Shown in pieces: positions 1-13,228 of a stretch of DNA of 64,000 nucleotides. Under the pieces are notes generated by a model. That model was given only the letters and a program-made list of their open reading frames with translations, was not told where the DNA came from and ran no database searches. Position 1 is the stretch's first letter. Each line of letters begins with the position of its first letter. Location of the stretch: NCBI GenBank assembly GCA_951406725.2, contig OX597816.1:157294001-157358000 (forward strand), written 5' to 3'. The translations under genes and the position numbers were made by a program. This DNA comes from Octopus vulgaris (Eukaryota).

Positions 1-293
1 CAAACCGATTTATATCGAGTAAATTTCTAGCTATCATGGGAAGTGGTCCATTGAATTTATCGGATCGCAACCAGCCCTTTCAGCAACACCCACATCATCG
101 GAAGAATACTAACAACGACATTAACAACAACTTATTAGACAAGTTATTTCAAAGCGAGTGATTTGATAAAAGCAATATATTTTTTTATAGCTCCCAGAAT
201 AGTTATTAATTTGTACTGATATTTTGATATGAAAATAAAGAATAGGGTCCTATTGTATATCCTTGTATATTAGGCATACAGCACTAGGTACTA

Positions 294-296
<3 letters not shown>

Positions 297-345
<49 letters not shown>

Positions 346-360
346 TGGTATGTATGGATG

Positions 361-406
<46 letters not shown>

Positions 407-678
407 TATGCATATAAATGTATGATATATGTACGGTTATGTATATATATGCATACCACACACACATATGTGTGTGTGTATGTGTGTGCGTATGTGTGTG
501 TGCGTATGTGTGTGTGCGTATGTGTGTGTACGTATGTGTGTGTGCGTATGTGTGTGTGCGTATGTGTGTGTGCGTATGTGTGTGTGCGTATGTGTGTGTG
601 CTCGCGCATGTGAAAGTAATCGAAAGTGAAAACATGTAACATATGGTTCTGGGTATGGATACGTGAATACATGCATAC

Positions 679-751
<73 letters not shown>

Positions 752-790
752 TATGTAAACACAAACACAAACATACAAACACACATAATA
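297..790. repeat. Compound (TA)n/(TG)n/(TACA)n microsatellite
   Basis: Seen directly; explains all YIYI/CVCV ORFs here. Similar tracts at 1418-1655, 4345-4540, 4850-5560, 10640-11680, 12450-12640, 13115-13295, 16262-16560, 36945-37130. Confidence 0.97.
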
Positions 791-1519
791 TATAACGCCA
801 GATGTATTATAACTGACAACTGAACGAATGATCTGTCAATGCTCTACGAGATTAATATGTACGCGATTAACATTGTTTATCTATAAATATTACCATATTT
901 TATTATATTAAGTAGTGATGTTTGTGTAATCTGATAACGTTTCCTATTCATAATAAGGCTGGCGTAAAAATTGCTAAACATAAAACTGTTCAAATCATTT
1001 ACTGTTATCCATACGTGTGACGTCACTAGAAAAATACTTTCTGATTGCGATATAAAGCAGTTAAATAATAAGAGGAGTTGATAATGGTACCTGGAAACCA
1101 TAGTGCCTAAGGATCAATGACGCGGATTATATGCAAATACATTTGGGGGTTGTTTTATTGTCTTATTTTCTAATGATTACATTCAGAGGAATGCGGTTAT
1201 GTTGGGACAACGTAATGGCGGAGGTTTCGTTGATTATTATCAACTCCAGTGATCTCCGACATTTATTATTGTAGGATCACAAGAGAAGATAGGGAAAAAT
1301 TGATCTGGTTTTATAAAGGTCAATTCTTTGTATTGACTTTTACACCCAGGTCAGTGGATGTGGAATGCAGCGTAAGCTAATTTTGCCCGACTTAACTGTC
1401 CCTCCCACACTGATCTATATACATACATACATACATACATACATACATACATACATACATACATACATACATACGTACGTACGTACAAACATACATACAT
1501 ATATACATACATACATACG

Positions 1520-1551
<32 letters not shown>

Positions 1552-1573
1552 TATATATATGTATATATGTATA

Positions 1574-1638
<65 letters not shown>

Positions 1639-1742
1639 ATGTATATATGTATATAAACATATTTACCTATTTTTACATATATATCTACATATATTCATAG
1701 ACAAATAAATACATAAATAAGTATTATATCTTTGATTTTTTT

Positions 1743-1892
1743 TTACTTGCTTCAGTTGACTACGGCCAAGCAGGAGCACCGACTTGGAGAATTTTTAGTA
1801 CAATGTATCAACCCCAGTACTTAATTTTTAAGCCTAGTTCTTATTCTATCGATCTCTGTAGCCGAATCGCTAAATTACGGTGCCGTAAATAC
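1743..1892 (-). mobile_element. SINE-like fragment with a LINE-derived 3' tail
   Basis: Minus strand ends gtcggtgctcctgcttggccgtagtcaactgaagcaag, similar to the 3' UTRs of the LINEs at 41385-41430 and 45985-46027. Confidence 0.6.
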
Positions 1893-1999
1893 ATTACTTG
1901 TGGGAGTGGACGAACACAGACAGACAGACACACACACACACACATATATATATATACATATGTGTGTGTGTGTTTATACAGACACACTTTTTTATTATA

Positions 2000-2430
2000 T
2001 ATATTTTTACAAAAAAACAAATGAGTAAGACAGGTGTACGAACAAGCAGGTGTAATAGTTTGACGCTAGGGAAAGTGAGAAAGTCTTTCAAGTTTCGAGC
2101 CTGCGCTCTTCAACAGAAAGGAATAAGAGAAAATAAACAGGGACAGAAAAAAACTTGTGGATTTAGCGATCAAGCATGGCGGCTGATTGGGAAAAAATGT
2201 TTTCACAGGAGAGCTAGAAAGAATGGGAGATAATAAAGTATTGGGAATCCCAAAACGGAGGTGTTGGAGAGGAACGGGCACGTGCGGCAGTGTGGACGAG
2301 AGCAGCGGAACGAGCCAGGTTGGGAGGTGGAGTTAGGGAAGAAATTGTGGACCAGGAGGTCATGCAGGTTGTGGGCTCGTTGGAAGGAGGGAAAGGGTAG
2401 GTTGGGGAAGATGTGCGAAGTGGAGGGGTC
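2000..2430 (-). mobile_element. Penelope-like element remnant with degenerate hammerhead motif at 2085-2120
   Basis: Minus strand reads LHDLLVHNFFPNSTSQPGSFRCSRPHCRTCPFLSNT, homologous to 7875-7990. Downstream CUUU-CUGUUGA-A-GAGC(GCAG)GCUC-GAAA-CUUG-AAAG. Confidence 0.75.
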
Positions 2431-2432
2431 AG

Positions 2433-2815
2433 TTGGTCACCGTCTGTGAGGAAAACTGCCAGGACACATTTTACTCTGCCAGGAATTTGGAAGCGATATG
2501 CTGCAATGCTTGGCATTTGCGGCGGAAGCTCCAATACGAACATTTCAGAGTGTTTGGGTCTCTATCTGAAGACTTGCCGTGTCCCCAAAATATATATAGA
2601 GTGATAAAAATCGAACATCCAGTCAACATCATAGCGTTTGGAGTGATCACAAGTGATGGTGACGTTATGCCTCCATTCATCGTCTCACGCAGCCTCAGAC
2701 TCAACACATGCCTATATCAAGTGCCTGGAGGAGGCAGTGCTACCCTGGGCCAAGAGGATGGCTGCTGGAAGACCCTATGTCTAGCAACAGGACTCTGCAC
2801 CATGTCACACACGCA
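2433..2815 (+). mobile_element. Tc1/mariner-superfamily (maT/DD37D-like) transposase fragment, frameshifted
   Basis: HPVNIIAFGVITSDGDVMPPF followed in another frame by YIKCLEEAVLPW...GRPYV*QQDSAPCH, the QQD-x-APxH motif of Tc1-like DDE domains. Confidence 0.8.
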
Positions 2816-3491
2816 AAGTTTGATGTTTTAAAGCAACTGATGTAGTGATGAATGCTAATCAATAGAAAAAAAAATGATTAATTCGTAAATACATTTCAAT
2901 GTTGTACTTGTTCAATCGATTGATGAAGGAGAGCTGATGTGATATATAGGTAAAATATTCGGAAACATTTCTTCCTACCGACGGTTCGCAATAGGAATTA
3001 TCATTACTGACTGAAAAACAATTTTTTTAAAAATTTGATACTTTCATTGCTCTAATTCCTGATGTAAGGCTGCATGTTTGAGTGGGGGAAAGGTGTTTCT
3101 GATGTGTTTATAAATTTATGGTAGATGTTAATGTATTTGAAATGCAGAACTATCATTCAAGAATAAACCAACCTCGTTTAGTGTTAGCTTCAACGGCGAA
3201 TAAGCTAATGTTGTAGAAAGATATAATAGCTATTGGAATAACACGCTGTTAGTTTTGTTTGTGTGTGTGTGTGTGTTGTGTTCCTAATAGAAGTGCTTAT
3301 TCAACGTAAACTAGCTGTGGAAGCAGCTATTTTTGGTGCAAACGTACTTAATTGAAATGCTATTTATGCTGACGATTTTGGAAATCCCGGCAATTATTAT
3401 AACGGAAAACATTGAAGAAAGTTTTCTTCTAATAATATTTATGTACATATATAAGTGCGTTTGTGTCTCTGTGTGCGTGTTGCGTGTGTGC

Positions 3492-3529
<38 letters not shown>

Positions 3530-4149
3530 CTGAGTATGTGTGTGCCCGTTTTTCGTGTTTATACGTGTGTATGTACAAATGTTTATATACGTGTCCGTGC
3601 GGGGGGTGGGGTGGAGGGTGCAAATACTAGGTGCCTGCAAGACTGAAGATGAAACACTGCATATTTCTGAATTCTGAATTATGCGAAATTTATGGTATTG
3701 AAAGACAGTTATTTTGTAAGATTTGTAGTTATTCTACATGTTGCGTAACACTCCTAGGTGATATGTTTCCCTATCACTTTTCTATTAGAGAAACAGGATC
3801 AGGTATAAACAAATGCGTTATAGACAGAGGCTATATGAAAAGCCTTTACACTGTATGAGATTAAGCACTTACACGTCCTTATATATTATAGAAGTGATTA
3901 TCAGGCTTTTATGCAAACATACGTTAACAGACACACGTACATATACAGAGCGAGAGAAAGAAGGAGCGAAAGAAAGAAGGTGATAGAAAAAAGAAAGTTG
4001 GTAAGAAAATGTGCTAAGCAGCACGTGAGAATACGATAAACAGAAACACACATCTGCACAAAACAATAATACGTCTATTCGTATCTCGATATATGTATAT
4101 TTTACGTAATTATACATATATGTATATATATATATATATATATATAGAG

Positions 4150-4194
<45 letters not shown>

Positions 4195-4245
4195 AATATG
4201 TCTAAGTCTCTCTATAGGAGACTACGGCAGCGGTACTGGGTACTA

Positions 4246-4519
<274 letters not shown>

Positions 4520-4605
4520 GTGGTGTGTGTGTGTGTGTATGGGTTAACCACAGTAAATAAGGTACTCAATACATGGCAGAGTAAATTAATTTATTTTATA
4601 GAAGG

Positions 4606-4656
4606 AGCTTCTACAGGACTAGAACTGTTTCATTCAAATGAAATCATCAGGAAGCT
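4606..4656 (-). ncRNA. Type I hammerhead ribozyme motif in a probable Penelope terminal repeat (about 4540-4850)
   Basis: AGCUUC-CUGAUGA-UUUCAUUUGAAU-GAA-ACAG(UUCUAGUC)CUGU-A-GAAGCU: 6-bp stem I, 4-bp stem III, GUA cleavage triplet, weak stem II. Confidence 0.75.
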
Positions 4657-4864
4657 TGGCGTCAAGAATAGTTTTGGCATTTATACATTTAGGCAGATTT
4701 GATGGGGTGGTGGTGGGGGACTTTTTTGGGGGTAGGCAGGGCACAAACTGTCTTTCTTAGGGGAGTGGTCAAAAGAATCAGTGATAAAGTGGATAAATGG
4801 ATAAATAGAATAATAGAATAGAGTTTTAGGTAAATAGGAAGACTATTGCTTTATATATACATAT

Positions 4865-4920
<56 letters not shown>

Positions 4921-5127
4921 ACACATACATACACATATGTATACACATATACACATGTATACACATACACACACACACACATACACATACTCATACACAC
5001 ACTTATATACATACGCACATATATATATCTACACATATACATATATAAAAAAGGAATATACACACCCATACACACACACACATACATATACACATGCATA
5101 TATACACACATACACATATATATATAT

Positions 5128-5176
<49 letters not shown>

Positions 5177-5302
5177 GCATACATGCACATATATACACAT
5201 TTTTTCCCTTATTTTATTTTATTTTTATTTTTATTTTTATTTTTATTTTGACCTCTTCAGAGGTCAAAATAAAAATAGAAATATATACACATATATATAT
5301 AC

Positions 5303-5335
<33 letters not shown>

Positions 5336-5349
5336 CATATATATATACG

Positions 5350-5415
<66 letters not shown>

Positions 5416-5500
5416 TATATACATATATATATGTGTGTGTGAGTATATATAGGTATATATATATGTGTATATATATATATGTATATATATATATGTATAA

Positions 5501-5556
<56 letters not shown>

Positions 5557-5586
5557 GTTTGTATTAACATTAACAAACATCATGCT

Positions 5587-5679
5587 CTACTACGACTACT
5601 ACTACTACTACTGTTGATGCTGCTGCTACTACACCTGAGAAGAAGAAGAAGAAGAAGAAGAAGAAGAAGAAAAGAAGAA

Positions 5680-5751
<72 letters not shown>

Positions 5752-5965
5752 AAAGAAGAAGAATGAGAAGAAGAAGAAGAATGAGAAGAAGAAGAAGAAG
5801 AAGAAGAAGAAGAATGGGAAGAAGAAGAATGAGAAGAAGAAGAATGAGAAGAAGCAGAAGAAGAAGAAGAAGAAGAAGAAGAAGAAGAAGAAGAAGAAGA
5901 AGAAGAAGAATGGGAAGAAGAAGAAGAATGAGAAAAAGAAGAAGAAGAAGAAGAAGAAGAAGAAA
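5587..5965. repeat. Compound trinucleotide microsatellite (CTA)n/(GAA)n/(GAT)n
   Basis: Seen directly. Confidence 0.97.
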
Positions 5966-7629
5966 GCTACTGCCACAGCTGATGATGCTGAAGCGTCTGC
6001 TGGTGCCACTTCTACTGCCGCTGTTTCTCTTTTCATCTCATTTGGTTTCCGCTGGCATCTTTCTTTCTGTAAGACGAACAAAATGTCTTTCCCCTTCGTA
6101 TTTACAAGAGAGAGAAAAAGACAGAGTTAGATAAATAGAGAGAGAGAGAGAAGGAGAGAGAGAGAAGGGGACAGAGAGTTGAAGTCGACTGTCCGGCAAA
6201 GACAAAGACAAAGTGACAGAGATAGAAATGGACAGTTTGTAATATAAGTATGTGAAGACCAATAAGCGTTTTTGTCACATCTGTGAAATGTAACAAATTA
6301 GCTAGTTGGCCAGTTTATAACAATTATAATAAGTAGAATCTCTATTTTCCTGTTGACTTGATATGTCGCAGATCAAACAAGCTCGGACAGTATTCAGTTT
6401 CGTTGCATCAAACAGTCACTCTAACTGATAATATGTTTGCTTGAGTAAGTCAGTGAGAAATAACATCCATAAAGAGAAGTGATAATAGATCAGTGATATT
6501 TGACACTTGAAACTTCATAGTATAACTTGAATAACATGAAGAAAGATAGTGAACAATCTTAGAAGAATAGGAAAATATAAGATTGACCAGCTATTCTTAA
6601 AAGCTTTTGTTTCTTGTCTAATGGAACGCAATTGTTTTATTTTATTCTTAGTATTTTTTCTTGTTTCGCTTTTGTCATAAGGTCATTCGTAAATATGGTG
6701 ACAGAGAGTTAATTTAGCTGGCCTCACTTTATTATCTGCGTTATTTTATAAACTCTACCAGAGGAATAATGGGTGACGTCGGAAATCTTGAGATTGAACT
6801 CTTAAAATGTTTAGCTTGCTAAAAGCCCCAACTAAATTTTCGTCACATCTCTTTCTAATGCTTTTACAATTAGTGACACATTTAGAGAATGTGGTCATAC
6901 TTACATTACATCTTAATAAAGAGCAGCAAAGTCACAGCTACTAAATTGCACCAAACTTTCGTTTGATGTCTATGTGTGTATATATGCGTGCGTTCAGCCC
7001 TAAAACAGTCCTGAATATAGAAATGACATTTCCAACCACGACCATCACGGGTTGTATTAGGATTACTGCCCGAGTGTCCAAGTAAAGATCCCAAGTTCGC
7101 GCATGAACCCGGTGCGTGCATGTTTGTACCCTTTGTACGCTTTGTTCCGCGAAATGTACCCTCACATTCTTTTACTTGTTTTTGTATGACATACTTCGTA
7201 TTTCATGCTCGGCAAATGATGACCAAACTCTTATTGTAACACCGATATATACACATATCTACCTATATGCATACAAATATCTTTCCCGTATTATTAGGTG
7301 TCTTGTTCATTTTATATGTGTTTATATCATATCAATTGAAACATTATTTCTATTTTACGCATCATAAAGCTTTAAATATCACATACATGCTGGCAAATAT
7401 CTTTTTCACTATAATTGATTCACTTGCACACATTCAAGATAGAACTATTTGAAATAAATAGATATATGGAAGTTCATAAAAATTTTTATTAGTTCATTTA
7501 TCTCTAAGAGTGCAACCTCTTACATTCCACTAATTACCTTCTCCTAATTACTACGACCGTGAAAGCGCGTGGCTCAGTGGTTAGGGTGTCAGCATCATGA
7601 TCGTTTTGAGACTCAGTCTCAACTCATGA

Positions 7630-9012
7630 CTCGCCACATCATTCTATGTGGATATCTCCTCACCATTATCTACATTGTCCTTACTCGGGCTCGATGTATG
7701 GATCGTGCCGTTGCCCTTTCCCTCGCGCACACCCCACTCTTACCCGTCTCCAGTTTCCCCTTAACTACCACCCCTCCAACGCACCATTCTCCATTCTCCA
7801 GCGAATCCAGTCCAATCCCTCCACCTCACACACCTTCCCTAACCTTCCCATTTACCCCATTCAAAGGTGCCTATAACCTGCATGATCTCCTGGTTCACAG
7901 TTTCTCCCCTACACTTTCCTCTCAGCCTGACTCATTCCCCCTATTCCCGCCCACGCTGTTGCACCTTCCCTTACCTCTCCAATACCACCATCCTAAATGG
8001 CACCCATCGCCGACACCTTTACCTGCAACTCTAGTTATGCTATTTACTGCATCTCCTGCTCTCTATGTTCTTCCCTGTACATTGGTCAAACGGAACAGCG
8101 CTGGGTTGATCGGTTCGCGAAGCATCTCCGAGACATCAGATTCGGCAATGACACCCGGATCTTCCTCCACTTCCACTCTACCGGGTTTTTGCTACAACAT
8201 CTATCTGTGTTCGGACTGTTTCTGCACACGGGCTACCTGGACTCCAGCCTCGCCATGAACAGGAATTAATCTTCTCTCTTCGGTCCTCTGTGCCATATGT
8301 ACTCAACTCATTACTTCTCTATATCTGACACAGACCCCACATGGATTCCCATACACTTCCTACATCCAACTCCCCCAACCTACACACATGCATATCGCCT
8401 ACTTCGGTACCCTCACCACACACACACACGCACACCAGTATACAAACACCCACACACACTGTTTAACTCAGTACACACACTATCATACACACTTTAACAT
8501 CCACACAAGCACTTAATACCTGAACGCAGACAATATATACACACACAATCAACACACATATACAAAGATAACTTTCGCCCACAAGCATACACTATACACA
8601 TGCACATTATTTAGTGACAGACACACACACACACAGATACACATGTGCACACACCAGTTGAACAAACACACATCGACTGCTATCATACAACATACATACA
8701 CACACTCACATACGTTAGACTCACTTGCCCACATTCACTCACACACACAGGCGTTAGACTTACTCGTCCCCATTCGCGCATACACACTCTCACACACAAT
8801 TCACCCATACACACACACGCTTGCGTACCTTACTGTTTTGTTCCATTTATATTTTGTATTTTGTAAACTTTCCTATGTTGATTTAGCACGTGTCTTTCTC
8901 ACATGTTTCACTGAGACATCGTGCACGGGAAACTGTGCTCTGTATAGCAGTAACATTTTTGTTATTATTTATATTAAAAGCCGCTTTTGTTATTATTTAT
9001 ATTAAAAGCCGC
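7630..9012 (+). mobile_element. Penelope-like element 3' remnant with GIY-YIG endonuclease fragment
   Basis: ORF 7997-8269 DTFTCNSSYAIYCISCSLCSSLYIGQTEQRWVDRFAKHLRDIR matches the GIY-YIG pattern; CA-rich 3' region follows. Boundaries approximate. Confidence 0.85.
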
Positions 9013-9251
9013 TTCCTTTAAGTTTTCCACAGATCCCTTTATCTCATTCTACCTATGTTATTAGATTAGATCTGTTTTTGAATGGAGCGCCCGGTGTAGC
9101 ACACCCATGTTGTTATTATTATCTCCCTTTCATTCAACCTCTTTTTTCTAGTCATCGCGCCATGTTGCACCTTTGAACTCTGCATTTCCTTCCTTCCTCC
9201 GCTTTTTCATTCTCACTTCATGTTTTCCTCTTAATCCTTTCTATCGAATTA

Positions 9252-9309
<58 letters not shown>

Positions 9310-9316
<7 letters not shown>

Positions 9317-9486
9317 ACAAAAGTGACAAAAGGTACTGACTAGCACCGCTTTTCCTAAAGATATGAGTTAAACTAACTCAAAGTTGCAAACGCACTGTCT
9401 TAAGTGGCTGATAAAGGGGACTTACCTCCCTTTGCCAGGCACAAAATCGGAGCTAATCAGTAAGGTTTGTCACTTTTGTGACCTCT
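9310..9486. mobile_element. MITE with about 21-bp terminal inverted repeats
   Basis: agagttcacaaaagtgacaaa (9310-9330) and tttgtcacttttgtgacctct (9466-9486), 20/21 complementary. Confidence 0.75.
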
Positions 9487-9541
9487 GAACATTGCCTTTA
9501 GGTTTTAATTGTTAATAAGCCACCCTTTTAATTTATTATAT

Positions 9542-9631
<90 letters not shown>

Positions 9632-10641
9632 TATTCATAAGCAAGAATGTATGTAGTCGTCATAACTGACTTCGAATTTTCGAACAGTTAATACATCGTC
9701 ATAATGTCAGCTAAGTCATCATGATGGCTTAGCTGGCCAAAATTTTCGAGGTCACTGTGAACAACATTCTTGGTTAAGAATAATACATTTGTACTACTCT
9801 AAGGACGTATAGAACCACCCGTACTCTACAAAAACTATGAGTTAGAGTAATGTAAATGAAAAACCAAAGGGATAAGTAATATAAATTTTAGGAGTCGAAT
9901 TTACAATTGAAGGATAAGGGTGGTAGTAAAATATAACTTAGGAAATTCATGATATTAAAGTGAGAAAATTTAAATCAATTTATAGAAGATGGATAGAATT
10001 TAAATTTAAAACAATAATGGAATGCTTTACTATGTACGAAAAATATTAAGACTTTTCCGAAATAAAGTGTGTAGAAGATCATAATAAAAACATTCTTCAA
10101 TGAATGTATAACGGCATTAAATAATCATATGAATAAAAATTCATAGTACATTTTAAACTAATATCAGAACTATTCTCTTCATTACGGATGGATAAATATA
10201 AGATTTCCTAAATAATGGTATCCAATATATGGGGTAATTGAATTAGAGGTATACTAAATGTATAACGGAGTGCATTCAGATACAATACATAAACCAATTT
10301 GGGCATGTAAACGCTTAAGGAATATGTTGCATGATTAGTAGTCACTTGAAACGGCGGTAATGAATTGACACATCTATATCTTTTCCTGGTCATTTTTATT
10401 ATATTCACCTACGTTGGAATCTGCACTTCGGAAATACAATAGAAAGTACCTTTATAAAAAGTACTTGTCTGGATTACCAAGAGCGGATATCTTAACTTTG
10501 CTGGGTTGCGTTTTCTGCACACGCAGCAGGAATATCAGTTACAAACACTATTGTATGCGTCTTCATATTCAATATTCGATTAATATTGTTTGGGTATCCT
10601 GATTATACCGACCTAGCATGTATATAGATATGATTATAATT

Positions 10642-10736
<95 letters not shown>

Positions 10737-10755
10737 TTTATATATATATATATAT

Positions 10756-10806
<51 letters not shown>

Positions 10807-10814
10807 GTGATACA

Positions 10815-10936
10815 GGGCGTATCTCAGTTTCGTATATGCATGTATATGCGTTTATACGTAAGCATATTTGAAATGATTGTTAATGCTGCTAATGGACTAA
10901 TGGTTTTAGCACACAGCAAAGCACATACACACGAAC

Positions 10937-10972
<36 letters not shown>

Positions 10973-11007
10973 GTAATTAAATTATATACATACATACATA
11001 TATACAT

Positions 11008-11046
<39 letters not shown>

Positions 11047-11240
11047 TACATACATACGTATATACATGCATACGTATCTCTCAGTTTCTGCGTATATGCA
11101 TGTATTTGTGTCTGGTGCGTTTATACGTAAGTATATTTGAAATTATGCTCATGCTGCTAATGGACTAATGGTTTTAGCACACAGCAAAGTACTTCCCTCT
11201 TTTTTTTTTCTATCCATCACGATACACATACACACGAACG

Positions 11241-11275
<35 letters not shown>

Positions 11276-11290
11276 GTAATGAAATTATAT
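10815..11290 (+). repeat. Local diverged direct duplication (about 10815-10985 and 11075-11290)
   Basis: Shared gcgtttatacgtaag...atgctgctaatggactaatggttttagcacacagcaaag blocks. Confidence 0.8.
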
Positions 11291-11567
11291 ACATACATAT
11301 ATACATATACATGCATAAATATATATATACATATATGCATGCATACATACATACGTATACAAACATGCATTTATATGCATGCATACATATACATACATGC
11401 ATTTATTTATATATATGTATATGTATGTATATATATATATATATGTATATGTATATGTCTATATATATATGTATATATGTATATGTATATATATGTATGT
11501 ACATATATATGTATGTATATGTATATATATATACATATATATATAGATAGATGTATACACAAACACA

Positions 11568-11658
<91 letters not shown>

Positions 11659-12390
11659 TATTATATTATATTATATTATATCTAGTTTAAAAGTATGAAA
11701 AAACTCTTTAGTAGCGCAAAGCATAAAGACAATTTAGGAATTTTTCGAAGTCAACATATACTAACAGCTGGCAAAGCTAATTACCATAAGTTGATGGTGA
11801 TTTTTTTTATTGCAATAGTCTCACATTGCTGAAAAACTCAACAAATCCATAACTATTAACAAATCACTTGAATGAAATCAATTTTGATTAGCAAACATTA
11901 ACCTCGGTGCCATCTTGCTTTCATTAACGTCACTTCTTGCTTTTCGTTTCATTTAAAGATTTTTTTTCATTCTTAATTTCAACGTCCATATATTTTTGTG
12001 TCTGGGAAAGAGGAACTTCTTCTCCCACCTCTGTGTCTCTCATTCTCTCTATCTCAACATTTTGCCTCGAGTTACATGCAATTTGCTTCAATTGTACATT
12101 AGTGTTTTGATAAAATAAATCGCTAATTTGGTAGCTAGTAAAATCAAGCTAAGTCATCGTCACATTTCTACTGGACTAATCAGCAAGTAATTTAAAACAA
12201 ACAGAAATAGCAAGCTTTCAGTAGTTCTTTTGCACCCATGATATGTCAGGTGTCAAGAATCTTTTAGCATTTATAGAATAGGTATATCGTTGCTCAATGT
12301 ATAGGAGAGAACAAATCTATCACTTTTCCTTGACTAACTCAATGATATTTTTCAAAATACAGAAGTACATTTTCCTTCCTTTCTCTCTCA

Positions 12391-12427
<37 letters not shown>

Positions 12428-12460
12428 TCTGTCGCACTCTGCTGCGTCTACTCATATATG

Positions 12461-12523
<63 letters not shown>

Positions 12524-13129
12524 TATATTTGTATATATATATGATATATATGTATATATATATGTATATATATATATATATATATATGTATGTACATATA
12601 TATATATATATGTATGTGTATGTGTATATATATATATATGCAACTTATAAACAAGGGCAAAGGAAAATTATTTCTATGCCAATATGCTGATAACAGACTT
12701 TTATATCGTCAATTTCCACATATTATTATATACCCACTACAGAAATACGTTGTGCTGAAGTCGAGGAAAGCTAGCCAACAGATTTTTTTTTAAAGTTCGT
12801 TATTTCCATATTGAATCAATTTAGGAATTAATCTTATAATAGATTTTTTCCTCTTCAGTAGAAAATATGAATAGAAATAAATGAAATACTTATATGCGCC
12901 CATGGAAAAAGAAAACCGAAGCAAAAATCATGAGTACACATAAGTACCCCAGATATATCTAAATATAAAATCCTTTGGTTAGCCTCAGCACACGTGTGAA
13001 CTGTTCTCCACTACAGCTTATAGTGGTTACCAGTTCCTATAGCGAATAGTAATAAATCTACTACTAATATAGGATGAAGTTTTTTTACAGAAAAAATTCA
13101 TCCTATATTAGTAGTATATATATATATAT

Positions 13130-13228
<99 letters not shown>

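Noticed and set aside
8905-8950. Hammerhead at the end of the Penelope remnant (also ctgaaga at about 13409)
   Set aside because: Core and stems too degenerate to support.
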